Source: Deltaproteobacteria bacterium SG8_13
Lineage (GTDB): Bacteria; Desulfobacterota; Desulfobacteria; Desulfobacterales; SG8-13
Direction of reading: 5' to 3'
Length of the DNA stretch: 64,000 nucleotides
Assembly (NCBI GenBank): GCA_001303025.1
Contig: LJNK01000015.1
Span: forward strand, 14,374 to 78,373
Within the stretch, counting starts at the first letter, position 1. Each line of letters opens with the position of its first letter. Shown here piece by piece: positions 46,793 through 58,000 of the stretch. The position numbers and the translations under genes are program-made. The notes beneath the pieces were generated by a model. The model did not search any database, was not told the DNA's origin, and worked only from the letters and a program-made list of their open reading frames with translations.

Positions 46793-49700
46793 TTACCGAC
46801 AGGTCAATGGAATATCGACATCGAGGACATCGGGGGTAGCATCGGTATCGTTCTGATCAAGGATTAGATTCGTGATCGAATTGGTGATCGTCAAACCGGC
46901 GGTTCCTGTGCCGACGGTAGCCACAATAGTAAGGGAGGTGTTGCTGCCGCTGTTCAGGGTACCGATGGTCCAAGTCCCAGTCCCGTTGTTATACGCACCG
47001 CCGCCATCGTCACTCACATAGTTCAATGTAGCCGGCAGCACATCATTCAGGCTTAAGTTGGTGGCCTGCGCCGGGCCCAGATTGGTTACGGTAATCGTAT
47101 AATTGACCGTTGCACCGACGACCGGATTGGAATCATCCACCGAAATCACCACCAGAAGATCGGAATCATTTCCGACCGTAATATCGGCACTCAGATTATC
47201 ACCCGTTGCATCGGTGTCCGTCTGATCATGGGTCTTGGTAATGGTGTTGGTAATCGTATCGCCGGATGTGCCTGCGTTCACGATGGCGTCGAAGGTCAGC
47301 GAAGCGCCGTCACCGTTGTTCAAGTTCAAAATCGTCCAGCTAAGGCCACTGCCTAAAGGATCGCTCTCATCGGATGTGTCGCCACCGGTGATGCTGCCAA
47401 TCACATAAATCAAGCCGCTGGGCACTATATCGGTGATCACCAAATTGGTGACCTGGGCCGGGCCATTGTTGGTGACCGTAATCGTGTAGGTGACCGTCTC
47501 TCCTTCGATCGGAGTGGCATTGTTGACGGTTTTGGTAACAGCCAGATCCGCATTGTTTTCGATAACATTCGTATTTGCGGTCACGCTGGCCGGTCCGCCC
47601 GTACCGCTGATTGTATCGCTGTAGGTGCTGGTGACATTATTGCCGCCGGCCACAGCCAGCACGCCCGCCGTCGGATCTGTCACGGCTCCCAAAGAAGTGG
47701 CCAGCGTGCCGGTAAACACACCGGTGTCCGGCCCGGTTTCTGTCAGCGTGACGGGTTCGCTTTCACCGGTGGCCGGGTTATTTACAGTAACCCCGGTGGT
47801 TTCGGCGACTCCGCTGTTGGTGTTCAGATCGGCATCGGTAACCGTGATCGTGATTGCATCGGTGGGCAGAATCGATGCCGTTGCGGTGATGGTGCCCGAT
47901 ACGCCGGCGCTGACCACGTTCGTTGTCGCCGTGACCACCACCGGTCCGCCAGCGGAGCCGACCGCGTCATTGTAAACGGTGATCAGCGTATCGCCGGCCT
48001 GCACGTTGAAGGTGCCGTCATTGTCAGCGCCGGCGCTTTGCCCGAACACGGTGCTGACGGAAGCAGTGAAAACCCCTGAGTTGGGTCCGGTTTCCGTGTA
48101 GGGGAGCAGCTCGCTTTCGCCGGTCGGCGAATTGCTGGTGGTCAGACTCACGGTCTCGGCCACCAACGGGTCGGTGTTTAGATCCGAATCGTTCAAGGTG
48201 ACGGTGACACTGTCCCCGGCAGCAATGGGGGTGGTGGACACCAGGGTGCCGGTGACCCCTCCGCTCACCACCGCGGTCACCGCTGTGGGGCTGGCCGTAC
48301 CGCCGGAGGCCGTCACGGCATCGGAGTAAGTGGTGCTCAGCGTATCGCCGGCCTGCACGTTGAAGGTCCCGTCGTCGTTGATGCCTGCCCCAGCGCCGAA
48401 TACCGTGGCCACGGTTGCCGTAAACACACCGGTATTCACACCGGTCTCGGTAAAGGTCAACTGCTCGGTTTCGCCGGTCACCGTGTTGGTGGTGATCAGG
48501 GTAAAGCTTTGCATTGCTGCCGGGTCGGTGTTCAGATCGGCATCGGTGACGATCAGGCCGACCGCTTCACCCGGGATGATTGAAACAGTGCTTTGGATCG
48601 TGCCCGTTGTGCCGCCGCCTACAGTCAGCACCACCGGTGCGGTGGAAACCGCCGCGGTCTGGTCGCTGGCCACATCGGCCGTGTTGGTGATCTGCGTGCC
48701 ATTGGGCACCGCGGCGTTGACCGTGACTTCATAGGTCAGTATCACGGAAGCGCCGGCTGCCAGGTTTCCGATGGTCCAGCTCAGATCCGGTGCCGCCGCA
48801 TCGCTGGCTCCCGGTCCAGTGATGGTAGCGGCGCTATAGGTTGTATCGGTCGGAATCGTGTCGCTGACCACCACGCCCGTGGCTGCCATATTCCCCGAGT
48901 TGATGACCTCGATGCGATACTCGATGGCATCGCCGGGCACCAGCGTCCCGCCGTTGAGATCCGAAGCGGTCTTTGGGCTGGTGTTGAAAAACGGCGAAGC
49001 CACCAGCGACGTGCTGGCCCGAGTGGTGTTGGCCGGAATCGTTTCGTCACTGTCGATGCTCGCCATATTTTCGATGAAAAACGTGCCGGCAGTCACCGGA
49101 TTGTCGATGGTCACCTGGAAGGTGAGCGGGCCGATGGTAGCCCCTGCGGGCACAGCCCCGAGATTCCAAACCAGGTTCGGTGCCCCGCTTTCATCGGCGC
49201 CGGTGCCGCTGATCGATCCGCCCACATAGGTCGTCTGGGCCGGCGGCTGGTCGGTGACAACCACGTTGCTGCCATCAGCCACGCCGCTGTTGGTGACATA
49301 AATCGTGTAGGTCAGCGTTGCACCCGGCACGGTCAGGGTGGGCGCCACGGTTTTCGTGCTGTTGGTAAAGGCCACTGCCGAGCGGATCGTGGTATAGGCC
49401 GTAGCGTTGATGTCGGACAACCGGTTGGCCTGAAGGGTGGCGTTGTTTTCGACGATACTGCCGTCGGGCAGGGCGATGCTGGGCGCCACCCGGAATCCTG
49501 CTGTTTGTGAACCGCTGTTTCTCGACAGGACGCCCACCGTCCAGCGGATGTCGGTCACCGTTGTGGGATCGGCAGGCTCTGCTCCCCAGCTGCCGCCGTT
49601 GTCAGTGGAAAACTCAACGGTCACGCCTGATTCGGCCCAGGTGCTGCCGGCGATATAAGTGGTGTCGGCCGGAATGCTTTCGGCAATGACCACTCCGTTG

Positions 49701-52087
49701 GCGTTTCGGCTCCCCGTGTTTTCGTATCTGATCGTGTAGGTGATGGAGCTGCCTGCCAGGGCCGGATCGGGGGAGTCGACTATAGCGAATGTGATGGTCG
49801 GGGTATCGACGTTTGTGACAGCGGTGGTGGTCGCCGTGGCTCGGTCGGAAAGCGGTCCAAAGTTGGAGGTGCCGACCAGGGAACTGATTTCCTGGTCACC
49901 GGGATTGGTGCCTGTCGGGACAGTGAGGCGCAGAACCACGTTCATGTTCGCACCGGCCGCCAGTGTCCCGCTGTCGGGCCAGCCGTCCGCATCGGAGTCG
50001 AATGCCGGGTTTACGTAGTCCCAGACACCGTCGCCGTTGCTGTCCTGGGCCATCAAGGTGGTGCCGGAGGCATCCAGGAGCTCAGAAGGCCAGTTGAAGG
50101 GTCCGCTTTTGACCAGTGACAGGTCGAACCAATCGTCTCCGTTTCCGGTGTTGGTGACGATAAAACCGTAATCGATGGTACTGCCCGTGGCCGAAGAGAC
50201 CGACCCGCTCTGATCCGGTGCCACTAGAACTCCGCCCACCTGAGTGACTGTGACCGTTTCCGTATTGGAAGTCACCGGCGCCTGGGCTCCGCCGAGGGTA
50301 TCATCGAAGTTTGCAGTGGCATCATTGTCGATCGTTGTGCCCGCCGGGGTTCCGGCGTCCACCGTTACCTCGAACTGCACCGTGCGGTTGATCTCCCCGG
50401 CCGCCAAGGGCCCCAGATTCCAGGTGATCACCCCGCTGCTTTCACTGCCGCCGCCGGTGATGCTACCGGCAACCAGGGTGACGTTGGCCGGGATGGTGTC
50501 GGTAATCACCAGATCGGTGGCGTCGCCGGCGCCGGTATTGCCGTAAGTCAGGGTATAGGTGACCGTGTCGCCCGGCCGGGCGTTGGCTTGGTCGGCGCTC
50601 TTAGCGAGTGTGATGTTTGGCGGAACCACTACCGTGACCGCCGCGCTGAACTCGGAAGTGTCGTCGGTGACAGTGTCGGCGGCTGTGGCCGTGATCACAT
50701 CGCCGGCCGCCAGCGCCAGCGCCAGGGTGGTGTTGATGGTGGCGTCACCGGCGGCGTCGGTGGTCACTGACTCCGAACCGAGATAGACTTCCCCTTCGGG
50801 ATCACCGGCCGTGCCCGAGAAATATTCAACCGTGAAGGTTCGGCTGGGCGTGCTGTTCAGCACACCGACGATCGTGGTGCTGCCGCCACTGACTGTAGCT
50901 GAAGTAAAGACGGGATAGTTCTGCAAATTGTTACCGCCGAAGTTGTCGACATCAGCGGGATCGTTGGCCGTAACGCCATCTCCCACCGAGCCGCCGGCAG
51001 TGTTGAGATCGATGCCCAGTCCGGCGTTGTTGAAAATCGAGTTCTGGGAAATACGGTTTCCAGTGTCACCGTCGATGACCAGGATGCCGGCGCCCGCATT
51101 TTCGGTGATGATGTTATTGCTGACCGTATTGTTGTCGCCGCCCCTGAAGGCGATGCCCGCCAGCTGAGTCCCGCCGCTGCCGCTGCCCTTGATCAGGTTG
51201 CCGGTGATGATGTTGTTGTCATTGCCGCCGTTTGTCACCACGTCGATGCCGTAGCCGGCACTGTCTACAATCTGATTGCCGGAAATGGTATTGCCTGTGT
51301 TGCTGCCGCCGAAGGCCAGGCCATCAGCGGTAAGGGCGCCGGTGCCGGCATTGCGCAGGACGTTGTTGAGTATCTGGTTGTTGGAGGCACCGGCTTCGAG
51401 CTTGAGGGCGGAGGCGAACGTGCTGAACAGGGTAACGTTTTGCACGATGGCCCCGGTGATGCCGGCGTCGATCTGGACCGCGTTGTTACCCGAACCGCCG
51501 GTGCCGGTGATGCCGATCGTGTCGATCGTTACCGAATTCGCATTGATCTCGACGGCCTCTGTATTTAGGGCCTGCAGATCGATGACGACCTCCGGTCCGG
51601 TGGTGATTTCCGCCACCGCACTGTTGGTGTTACCCGTGTAGGTGGTCTGGGTGGAACCGTCGATCACTGTAATGGCATCGGTGATAACCGGCAGGGCGCT
51701 GGCCGGCTGGATCAGCATCACCGTGCCGCCGCCGCCGTCAATGGTGGCCTGCAGCTGCGCGGCCGGGATGCGGAACATCGTGCTGTTGGCCCCGAAAACC
51801 GCATTGGCGTTCTGGATGAACTGGCGCAACGAACCCTGGACGGTCCGATTGTTGGCAAGATCATCGTCTCCGTCGCCGGTATTGACGACGGCGTTGAAGC
51901 TAAAACCGAAGTTTACCCCGCTCACGTCGCTGCCCGCCAGGGCCACTCGCGCTATATGTTCGGCGCCTGCCAGCGTCGCGGCATCGTCAGATACCACCGT
52001 TGCTTGGCCACCGTAACAGGCACCGGCTGCACCCAGTTCGACGGGGCTGCCGGTCCCGTCGTGGCACTGTCTTGGAATCGACGACAA
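46793..52087 (-). CDS. Middle segment of giant surface protein: beta-helix module, multiple DUF11 domains, three ETGxNTGVF repeats
   Basis: 1764-aa Gly/Thr/Asp/Asn-rich ORF; homology to upstream modules begins mid-domain at ~52066 (CHDG...CYGG); no signal peptide. Confidence 0.85.
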   Translation of the reverse strand: MSSIPRQCHDGTGSPVELGAAGACYGGQATVVSDDAATLAGAEHIARVALAGSDVSGVNFGFSFNAVVNTGDGDDDLANNRTVQGSLRQFIQNANAVFGANSTMFRIPAAQLQATIDGGGGTVMLIQPASALPVITDAITVIDGSTQTTYTGNTNSAVAEITTGPEVVIDLQALNTEAVEINANSVTIDTIGITGTGGSGNNAVQIDAGITGAIVQNVTLFSTFASALKLEAGASNNQILNNVLRNAGTGALTADGLAFGGSNTGNTISGNQIVDSAGYGIDVVTNGGNDNNIITGNLIKGSGSGGTQLAGIAFRGGDNNTVSNNIITENAGAGILVIDGDTGNRISQNSIFNNAGLGIDLNTAGGSVGDGVTANDPADVDNFGGNNLQNYPVFTSATVSGGSTTIVGVLNSTPSRTFTVEYFSGTAGDPEGEVYLGSESVTTDAAGDATINTTLALALAAGDVITATAADTVTDDTSEFSAAVTVVVPPNITLAKSADQANARPGDTVTYTLTYGNTGAGDATDLVITDTIPANVTLVAGSITGGGSESSGVITWNLGPLAAGEINRTVQFEVTVDAGTPAGTTIDNDATANFDDTLGGAQAPVTSNTETVTVTQVGGVLVAPDQSGSVSSATGSTIDYGFIVTNTGNGDDWFDLSLVKSGPFNWPSELLDASGTTLMAQDSNGDGVWDYVNPAFDSDADGWPDSGTLAAGANMNVVLRLTVPTGTNPGDQEISSLVGTSNFGPLSDRATATTTAVTNVDTPTITFAIVDSPDPALAGSSITYTIRYENTGSRNANGVVIAESIPADTTYIAGSTWAESGVTVEFSTDNGGSWGAEPADPTTVTDIRWTVGVLSRNSGSQTAGFRVAPSIALPDGSIVENNATLQANRLSDINATAYTTIRSAVAFTNSTKTVAPTLTVPGATLTYTIYVTNSGVADGSNVVVTDQPPAQTTYVGGSISGTGADESGAPNLVWNLGAVPAGATIGPLTFQVTIDNPVTAGTFFIENMASIDSDETIPANTTRASTSLVASPFFNTSPKTASDLNGGTLVPGDAIEYRIEVINSGNMAATGVVVSDTIPTDTTYSAATITGPGASDAAAPDLSWTIGNLAAGASVILTYEVTVNAAVPNGTQITNTADVASDQTAAVSTAPVVLTVGGGTTGTIQSTVSIIPGEAVGLIVTDADLNTDPAAMQSFTLITTNTVTGETEQLTFTETGVNTGVFTATVATVFGAGAGINDDGTFNVQAGDTLSTTYSDAVTASGGTASPTAVTAVVSGGVTGTLVSTTPIAAGDSVTVTLNDSDLNTDPLVAETVSLTTSNSPTGESELLPYTETGPNSGVFTASVSTVFGQSAGADNDGTFNVQAGDTLITVYNDAVGSAGGPVVVTATTNVVSAGVSGTITATASILPTDAITITVTDADLNTNSGVAETTGVTVNNPATGESEPVTLTETGPDTGVFTGTLATSLGAVTDPTAGVLAVAGGNNVTSTYSDTISGTGGPASVTANTNVIENNADLAVTKTVNNATPIEGETVTYTITVTNNGPAQVTNLVITDIVPSGLIYVIGSITGGDTSDESDPLGSGLSWTILNLNNGDGASLTFDAIVNAGTSGDTITNTITKTHDQTDTDATGDNLSADITVGNDSDLLVVISVDDSNPVVGATVNYTITVTNLGPAQATNLSLNDVLPATLNYVSDDGGGAYNNGTGTWTIGTLNSGSNTSLTIVATVGTGTAGLTITNSITNLILDQNDTDATPDVLDVDIPLTCR
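47580..48610 (-). repeat. Three ~115-118-aa repeats (TDADLNT...ETGxNTGVFT...AGDTL..TY.D)
   Basis: Protein repeats; identical 31-bp DNA block TCAGCGTATCGCCGGCCTGCACGTTGAAGGT at 47983-48013 and 48337-48367 (354 bp apart). Confidence 0.85.
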
Positions 52088-55000
52088 TCCAGTAGGTGCT
52101 GCTGTCGGAAAGATTGGAGAAAAGATAGTTTCCTAAAATGTTGGTGGCAGCTGAGCCCAGTAGGCTGTCATCCACTCCGTCGGGCTGGTTGTCACCGCCG
52201 TCCGCATAGATGCTTGCCGTAACACCGGCAAGCCTCAATGCGTCCGCCAAGGAAGCGTCGCCGTTAATGTCTTCGTACACCGTACCGCTGATCGTGAAGG
52301 GGTCGGAGACGGTCTCCGCGTTACCAAACTCCGAGGTATTGCCGTTGGGATCGGTAGCGGTGGCGGTGATTACATTTCCGGTAGCGACAGCAATCGGCAC
52401 TACGATGTTGAAAAGAGAGTTGCCGCCGCCGTTGGTGGTGACTGTGTCAAAGCCCAGGTACTCCTCGCCTTCCCCGTTTCCGCTGGGATCTGCGGCAGCG
52501 CTGGAGAAAAATTCCAGCCGGAAGGTGGTATTGGGGGTGCTATTCAAACGACCGGTGATCGTGGTGCTGGCGACATCCGAAGTCGTTTTTGTCAGCTCCG
52601 GCCAGTTTTGCAGTGCATTGGGGCCGGTATCCCCGTCATTTCCATCGTTGGCCGTCAGGCCGTCATTGCCGAGATCGATACCCAGACCCGTGTTTGTATG
52701 AATGGCATTTGTCTGGATGGCGTTGCCGGTGCCGGCTGTAGCTTCCAGCACCACACCGATTCCGTTGAAGGCGATCAGGTTGCCGGCGCCGGCCGCGGTA
52801 CCGCCGATGGTGTTGTTGGCCGCACCAAGTCTCAAGGTCACGCCATGTTCGGTATTGCCGAAGGCAGCCGTGCCGTTGACATCGGTTCCGACATAGTTGC
52901 CGGCAACTGTGTTGCCGGTAGAAGCGGCACCGCTCAGGCGGATGCCGTACAAATGGCCGGAAACGATATTGCGCTCGGAGGCGCTCGTGCCGCCGATGGT
53001 GCTTCCGGAGGTGCTGTCCAGCAAGACGCCTTCCTGGCTGTTGCCCATGGCGCTGAGGCCGTCGGCACTGACTCCGACATAGTTGCCCTGGATCGTAGCG
53101 CCGGCAGAATTTTTCAGATCGATCCCATCATCGTCGTTGCCGGAGATGACATTGTTGGTTATGCCGGTACTGTCGGCGCTGTTGTCGGCCAGGATCCCGT
53201 CGCCGCCGTTGCCCAGATCGGCACTGCCGGCAGCGTCGGTGCCGATGAAGTTGTTTTCGATGGTGGTGCTGTCGGCGCCGTTGACAAAGATGCCGTCGCC
53301 CGTGTTGCCGGAAATCAGGTTTCTTTCAACTGCTGCCGCACCGCCGATCTGGGCGCCGCTCACACCAGCCTCGATAACGATTCCGACGCCCCCGTTTGCC
53401 ACCGCGGCATCACCGGCGGCATTCAGACCGATGGTATTGCCCTGGATGAAGGGGCCGCTGCTGGTGTTCATCCAGATGCCCTGCTGGGTGTTGCCGGAGA
53501 TCACGTTGCCGGCGCCTGCGATGTTACCGCCGATCGTGATGGTGGAGGCGCCGTTGATACCGATACCGCTCATCGTGTTGGGGATCGGTCCGCTGCCGGT
53601 CGCATTCGTACCGACATAGTTTCCCTGGATGAGGGTGTTGTCGGAACCGCCGATCACCGAAACACCGTTTTGACCATTGCCGGAGATCACGTTGCGATCG
53701 GCCGCTGCGGTGCCGCCGATGCGGTTGCCGGTGGAAGCGCCGGCCACTTCGACGCCCATCCAGCCGTTGCCGGCCGCCGCCGATCCGGTCACGTCGGTGC
53801 CGATGTAGTTGCCCACAATAAAATTGCCGCTCACACCGCCGGAGATATAGACGCCGTGCTGGCTGAACTGGTTGATGGCAAACCCGCGAAGGGTGCTGCT
53901 GCCGGCGGAAATGTTCAACCCGTTGACAGCACCGGCAAGACTGCCTTCCAGCTCGACCTCTGGACCGGCCGTATTGGTGTCGCCAATATTGACGGTCTGG
54001 GTGGCGGCGTCGAGCACCACCGTCTCAGTGATTGTCGGCAGCGCCGATGCCGGCTGGATGGTGAATTCCCCGCTGCCGCTACCGTTGTAATTCGGATCGG
54101 AAGTCGGGATGCGGAACTGGCTGGTATTGGCGGTGGTTCCTCCGCTTGTACCGATGGCATTGGCGTTTTTAATATACTGGCGCAAACTGCCCTGGCTGCT
54201 GCGGGTATTGTCGGGGGCACCGTCGTCGGCTGTGTTTGTGATCAGATTGTAGGCAAATCCCAAGTTTACACCGCTAGCGTTGCCACCGCTGACCGTAACA
54301 TTTACATAGGTATCGCCGGGTCCGGCGTTGTCGCCGGTGGCAGTGTCATTTACCGTGGGATCCTGGCCGCCGTAAAGGGCCGCACCGCTGCCCCAGGTCA
54401 TCTCGGCCAACGGATAGGGCCAGGTGCCCGGGACGGTACCATTGAGCCCTCCGGCCGGCGGGGTGTCGGCGTCTCCGATGGTTGCCGATCTTGCACGGAC
54501 CTTGTAAGCGCCATCGTGCACGATAAACTGGAAGCTGCCGTCGGCGGCTGTGGCTGCAGAGCCGATGTAGACGTCTGCGGCATCGTAAAGCTCGACATCG
54601 ACCGACGCAAGGCCAAGGTCCGCCACACCGCCGTCATATTCGGCGGCCGTGCCTGCAAAATCAGCGTCCTCGAAGATGGTGCCATCCAACAAATATGCCA
54701 GCCGAACCGTGTGGTCGTCGCGATAGCCTTCCGGCCCATATTGGGACCAGAAACCGGTCTTTCCTGCCACTGGCGCGCCCGTGCTGAGGGTGGCACTGCC
54801 AATGAAAGCACCGTCGATGTAAAGTTCGGCGCGATCGCCTGCGATGCGGAGCTCCTGGGTGTGCCAGCCGCTGCTCACATTCGGGATCGTCCATGTGCCG
54901 CCGATCTGGATCCAAGTGTTGCTGATCCGATTCCAGATCTCGGCCGTGGTGGCCGTCACGATCCCGCCGTAGACCATGTTCTGATCGTTCACGTAACGTG

Positions 55001-58000
55001 CGATCACCCCGGCGTGATTGATCGTTCCGCTCACGCTGCGGAATCGCTGGAAGACCGACACATCCGTCCAGCCCGGATCGCCGCTGACGGCAGGACCTCC
55101 AGCGCCCGTGCCGTCGGAGAACACCTGGGTCGATCCGTCAATTCTCACAAGTTCGTTCCCCCCCGACACTGAGACGGTCCATCCGACCGGAACCTGGTTT
55201 GGAATCTGATCGTCAAAACAGGCCAGGTAAAGGATGTCGCCGCCGATGGGAGGGCAGGACCCCGTAATTATGACTTCCGCGTTCATGGAGAACTCGGAGG
55301 TGTTGTTGCTGCTGTCGATGGCGATGGCGGACACGTTGTCGCCGGCCGCCAGAGCGGTGATGCCCCCCAGGTACCAGTCGCCTGCAGCGTCTGCATTTGC
55401 CGTGCCGAGGTAGGCAACACCCTCGCCGTAATCGTCGGCCCCTGAGGTGTCGGACCCATCGCCATCTGCCACCGCCTGGTAGACCTCCACTTCACAGTTG
55501 GCGCAGGTGGTGCCGACAACCGTGGTGGTGCCCGCACTTAGCTGGGCCGCGATGATCACCGGAAAATCAAGATCGATATTGCCGGCGTTGGCGTCGGTGC
55601 CGGGAATGATGGTGATGCCGTCACCGAGATTCGCATCGCCGGCATCGGCCAGCAGGTCGATGGCGTTGGAACCGTTGTTGGAAAATCGGTTCCGGCTGAT
55701 ACGGTTCTGGATTGCCGGTATGTGGGAAGGCCCCCACAGCAGGTTATTGGCAACCACCAGCACGCCCGGGCCGGCATTGTCGCGGAAGTCGTTGAGCTCG
55801 ATGGTGCTGTTGTTTCCGAAAACCCGGATGGCCGATGTCTCGCCGCCGCCGGCACCGTTTTGGTCGAAGGTGTTGTTTGAGATCAGGTTACTGCCGGCAC
55901 CGCTCCAGCTGTCGATGCCGCTGCCGGCGTTTGCAGCGAACAGGTTGCCGTTGACCGTTGTGTTGTTTGAATCATTTCCGATATCGATGCCGTCGCGTCC
56001 GGAGTCCGTGACGCCGTTTCCGCGGATCTCGTTGCCCTGCACGGTCCAGCCGCCGGCATCACCGGAAAGAAAGATGCCGAAATTGCCGGCATAGCCGATC
56101 AGGTTGTTGCGGATAAATCCGCTGTCGGCATGATAGATACCGATGTTGTTATAGGCCGTCCGGCCGACGGCCCCGGGGTCTGCAAATCCGGCTGCGCTGG
56201 TTCCGATCACACTGTCTTCAATGAGCACATTGGTGTAGTTGGTTGCGCTTCCATCGATGCCGACCCGGATGTTGTTGGAAAGCCAGATGTCGGTATCCCC
56301 AAAACCGTAAATGGCAATATCTCTGACCGCTACGCCGTTTGCCTGCAGATCGAGTCCGACATTGACGGGATTGGTGGCACGGTCGTTGACGATCTCCAGC
56401 TCGGGGCCGTTTATCGAGCTCAGAGTCGGCTCGTCACCGGTACCGACCGCCGCATCGGCTCCCAAACCCACCGGCCCGCTGTAGCCCAGAGAGGCGTTGT
56501 TGGTATTTCGGATCGTTGTGCCGTTGGTAAATTCATAGGCTGTTCCTTCAATGGCGGTATCTGCATCCGTGATGGCCGGCAGGGCTTGCGTGACGCTGAT
56601 CTGCCACCAGTTATTGCCTCCGCCCGAGGCGTTGGTTGTCACCGCTGGAACAAAGCGCATTGCATTGGCGCCGGCGATAGCGTTGGCGTTGGCGATAAAC
56701 TGGCGCAGCGAGCCCTGGACCGTGCGGTTGGTCAATCCATCGTCATCCTGGCCGTCGCCTGCCAGGGTGTTAACCACCGCATTGAAGCTGAATCCGAAAT
56801 GGACACCGGTCACGGTCCCGCCGGCAATCGTCACCCGGGTCACGTGCTGGGCGGTATTGAGCAACGACGTATCGTCTGAGATGTCGGCCCGCTGACCGCC
56901 GAAGCAGGTACCGGCCGTCCCCCGCTCTACCGTGGTGCCGGAACCGTTATCACACCATGCGCCGGCAGTTCCGTAAGTCTGCTCGGCCCAGACATCGGTG
57001 TCCGCCGACAATGTCTTGGAGTCGACCACCACCCAGTAGGTGCCGTCGCCCAGACCGGTGAACGTAAAAACGCCGGCTGCGTCAGTGGCAGCCGTAGCGA
57101 TGCTGCTGTCGTCTCCGCCGTCGGGTTGACCGTCTCCGCCGTCTCGGTAAAGATCAACGTCAACAGCGGCTGCGGTGACCGCATCGGCGAGGCTCCCGTC
57201 GCCGTTTACATCCTCGTAAACGGTGCCTGTGATGACATAAGTGGGGATAGCGGGCACAATCCCGCCGGCGGTGCAAACTTCGGCCTGGATCCAGGCCGGG
57301 TCGAGTGCCTTTTGTGAGATGCGGATTTCATCGATTGTCCCGTTCATTTCCAGGGTAGAGGGGTTCCAAGGGGCCGCTCCGAAAATCAAGCTGCTGTTGT
57401 TCGTTCCGATAGGATTCGCACCGTTGGGGATATTGGCGACTTCAGCCCCGTTGATGTAGCCGATCATGCGATCGTTTGTTCTCCAGGTCACCGCCACGTG
57501 CGTCCATTCATTCGGTGATATACTTCCGGCACTGAATGTATAGTGACCGCCGGCAGTGCCTGAACTGTCCCAGATCTCCGGGTATAATTGACCGGCCTCG
57601 ACACCCAACAGATATCCGTAGTAAGGCGGAGGTGCAGGCCCTGTTTTCCCGGCTATCTTCTGATCACTGGAAACATTCGGCAGCCGAATCCATGCCTCGA
57701 TGGTCATTTCTGCCGCAATGTCCAAGCTGGTGTCATCTGCAACCTGGATATAGTCACTGCTTCCATCAAAAACCTGCCCGTCGGCAATCTGGCCGGGGCC
57801 TTCGACGTTTCTTCTCTGGCTGCCGTTGTTGTTGTTGGAGGTCGAGTCAAGGTGGGTGCCGGTTGTCGCCTCATCGGTTACGTCTTCGTTCAAATGCCAA
57901 ACGCCTTGGTAGTCCGCATCCCACAAGCCCGGCAGATTTTCCTGGTTGGCCGCCGAAGCGTTGCCGTAATACATGTAGATCGTTTGATCTGCGCTGGCGA

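Noticed and set aside
46790-52090. Programmed ribosomal frameshifting or phase variation as the cause of the two breaks
   Set aside because: No slippery heptamer or simple-sequence tract at either junction, and conserved residues are missing, which points to deletion or assembly collapse.
52608-55172. 854-aa plus-strand ORF and the many other plus-strand ORFs across 40-64 kb
   Set aside because: Antisense shadows of the GC3-biased giant gene; no recognisable motifs.
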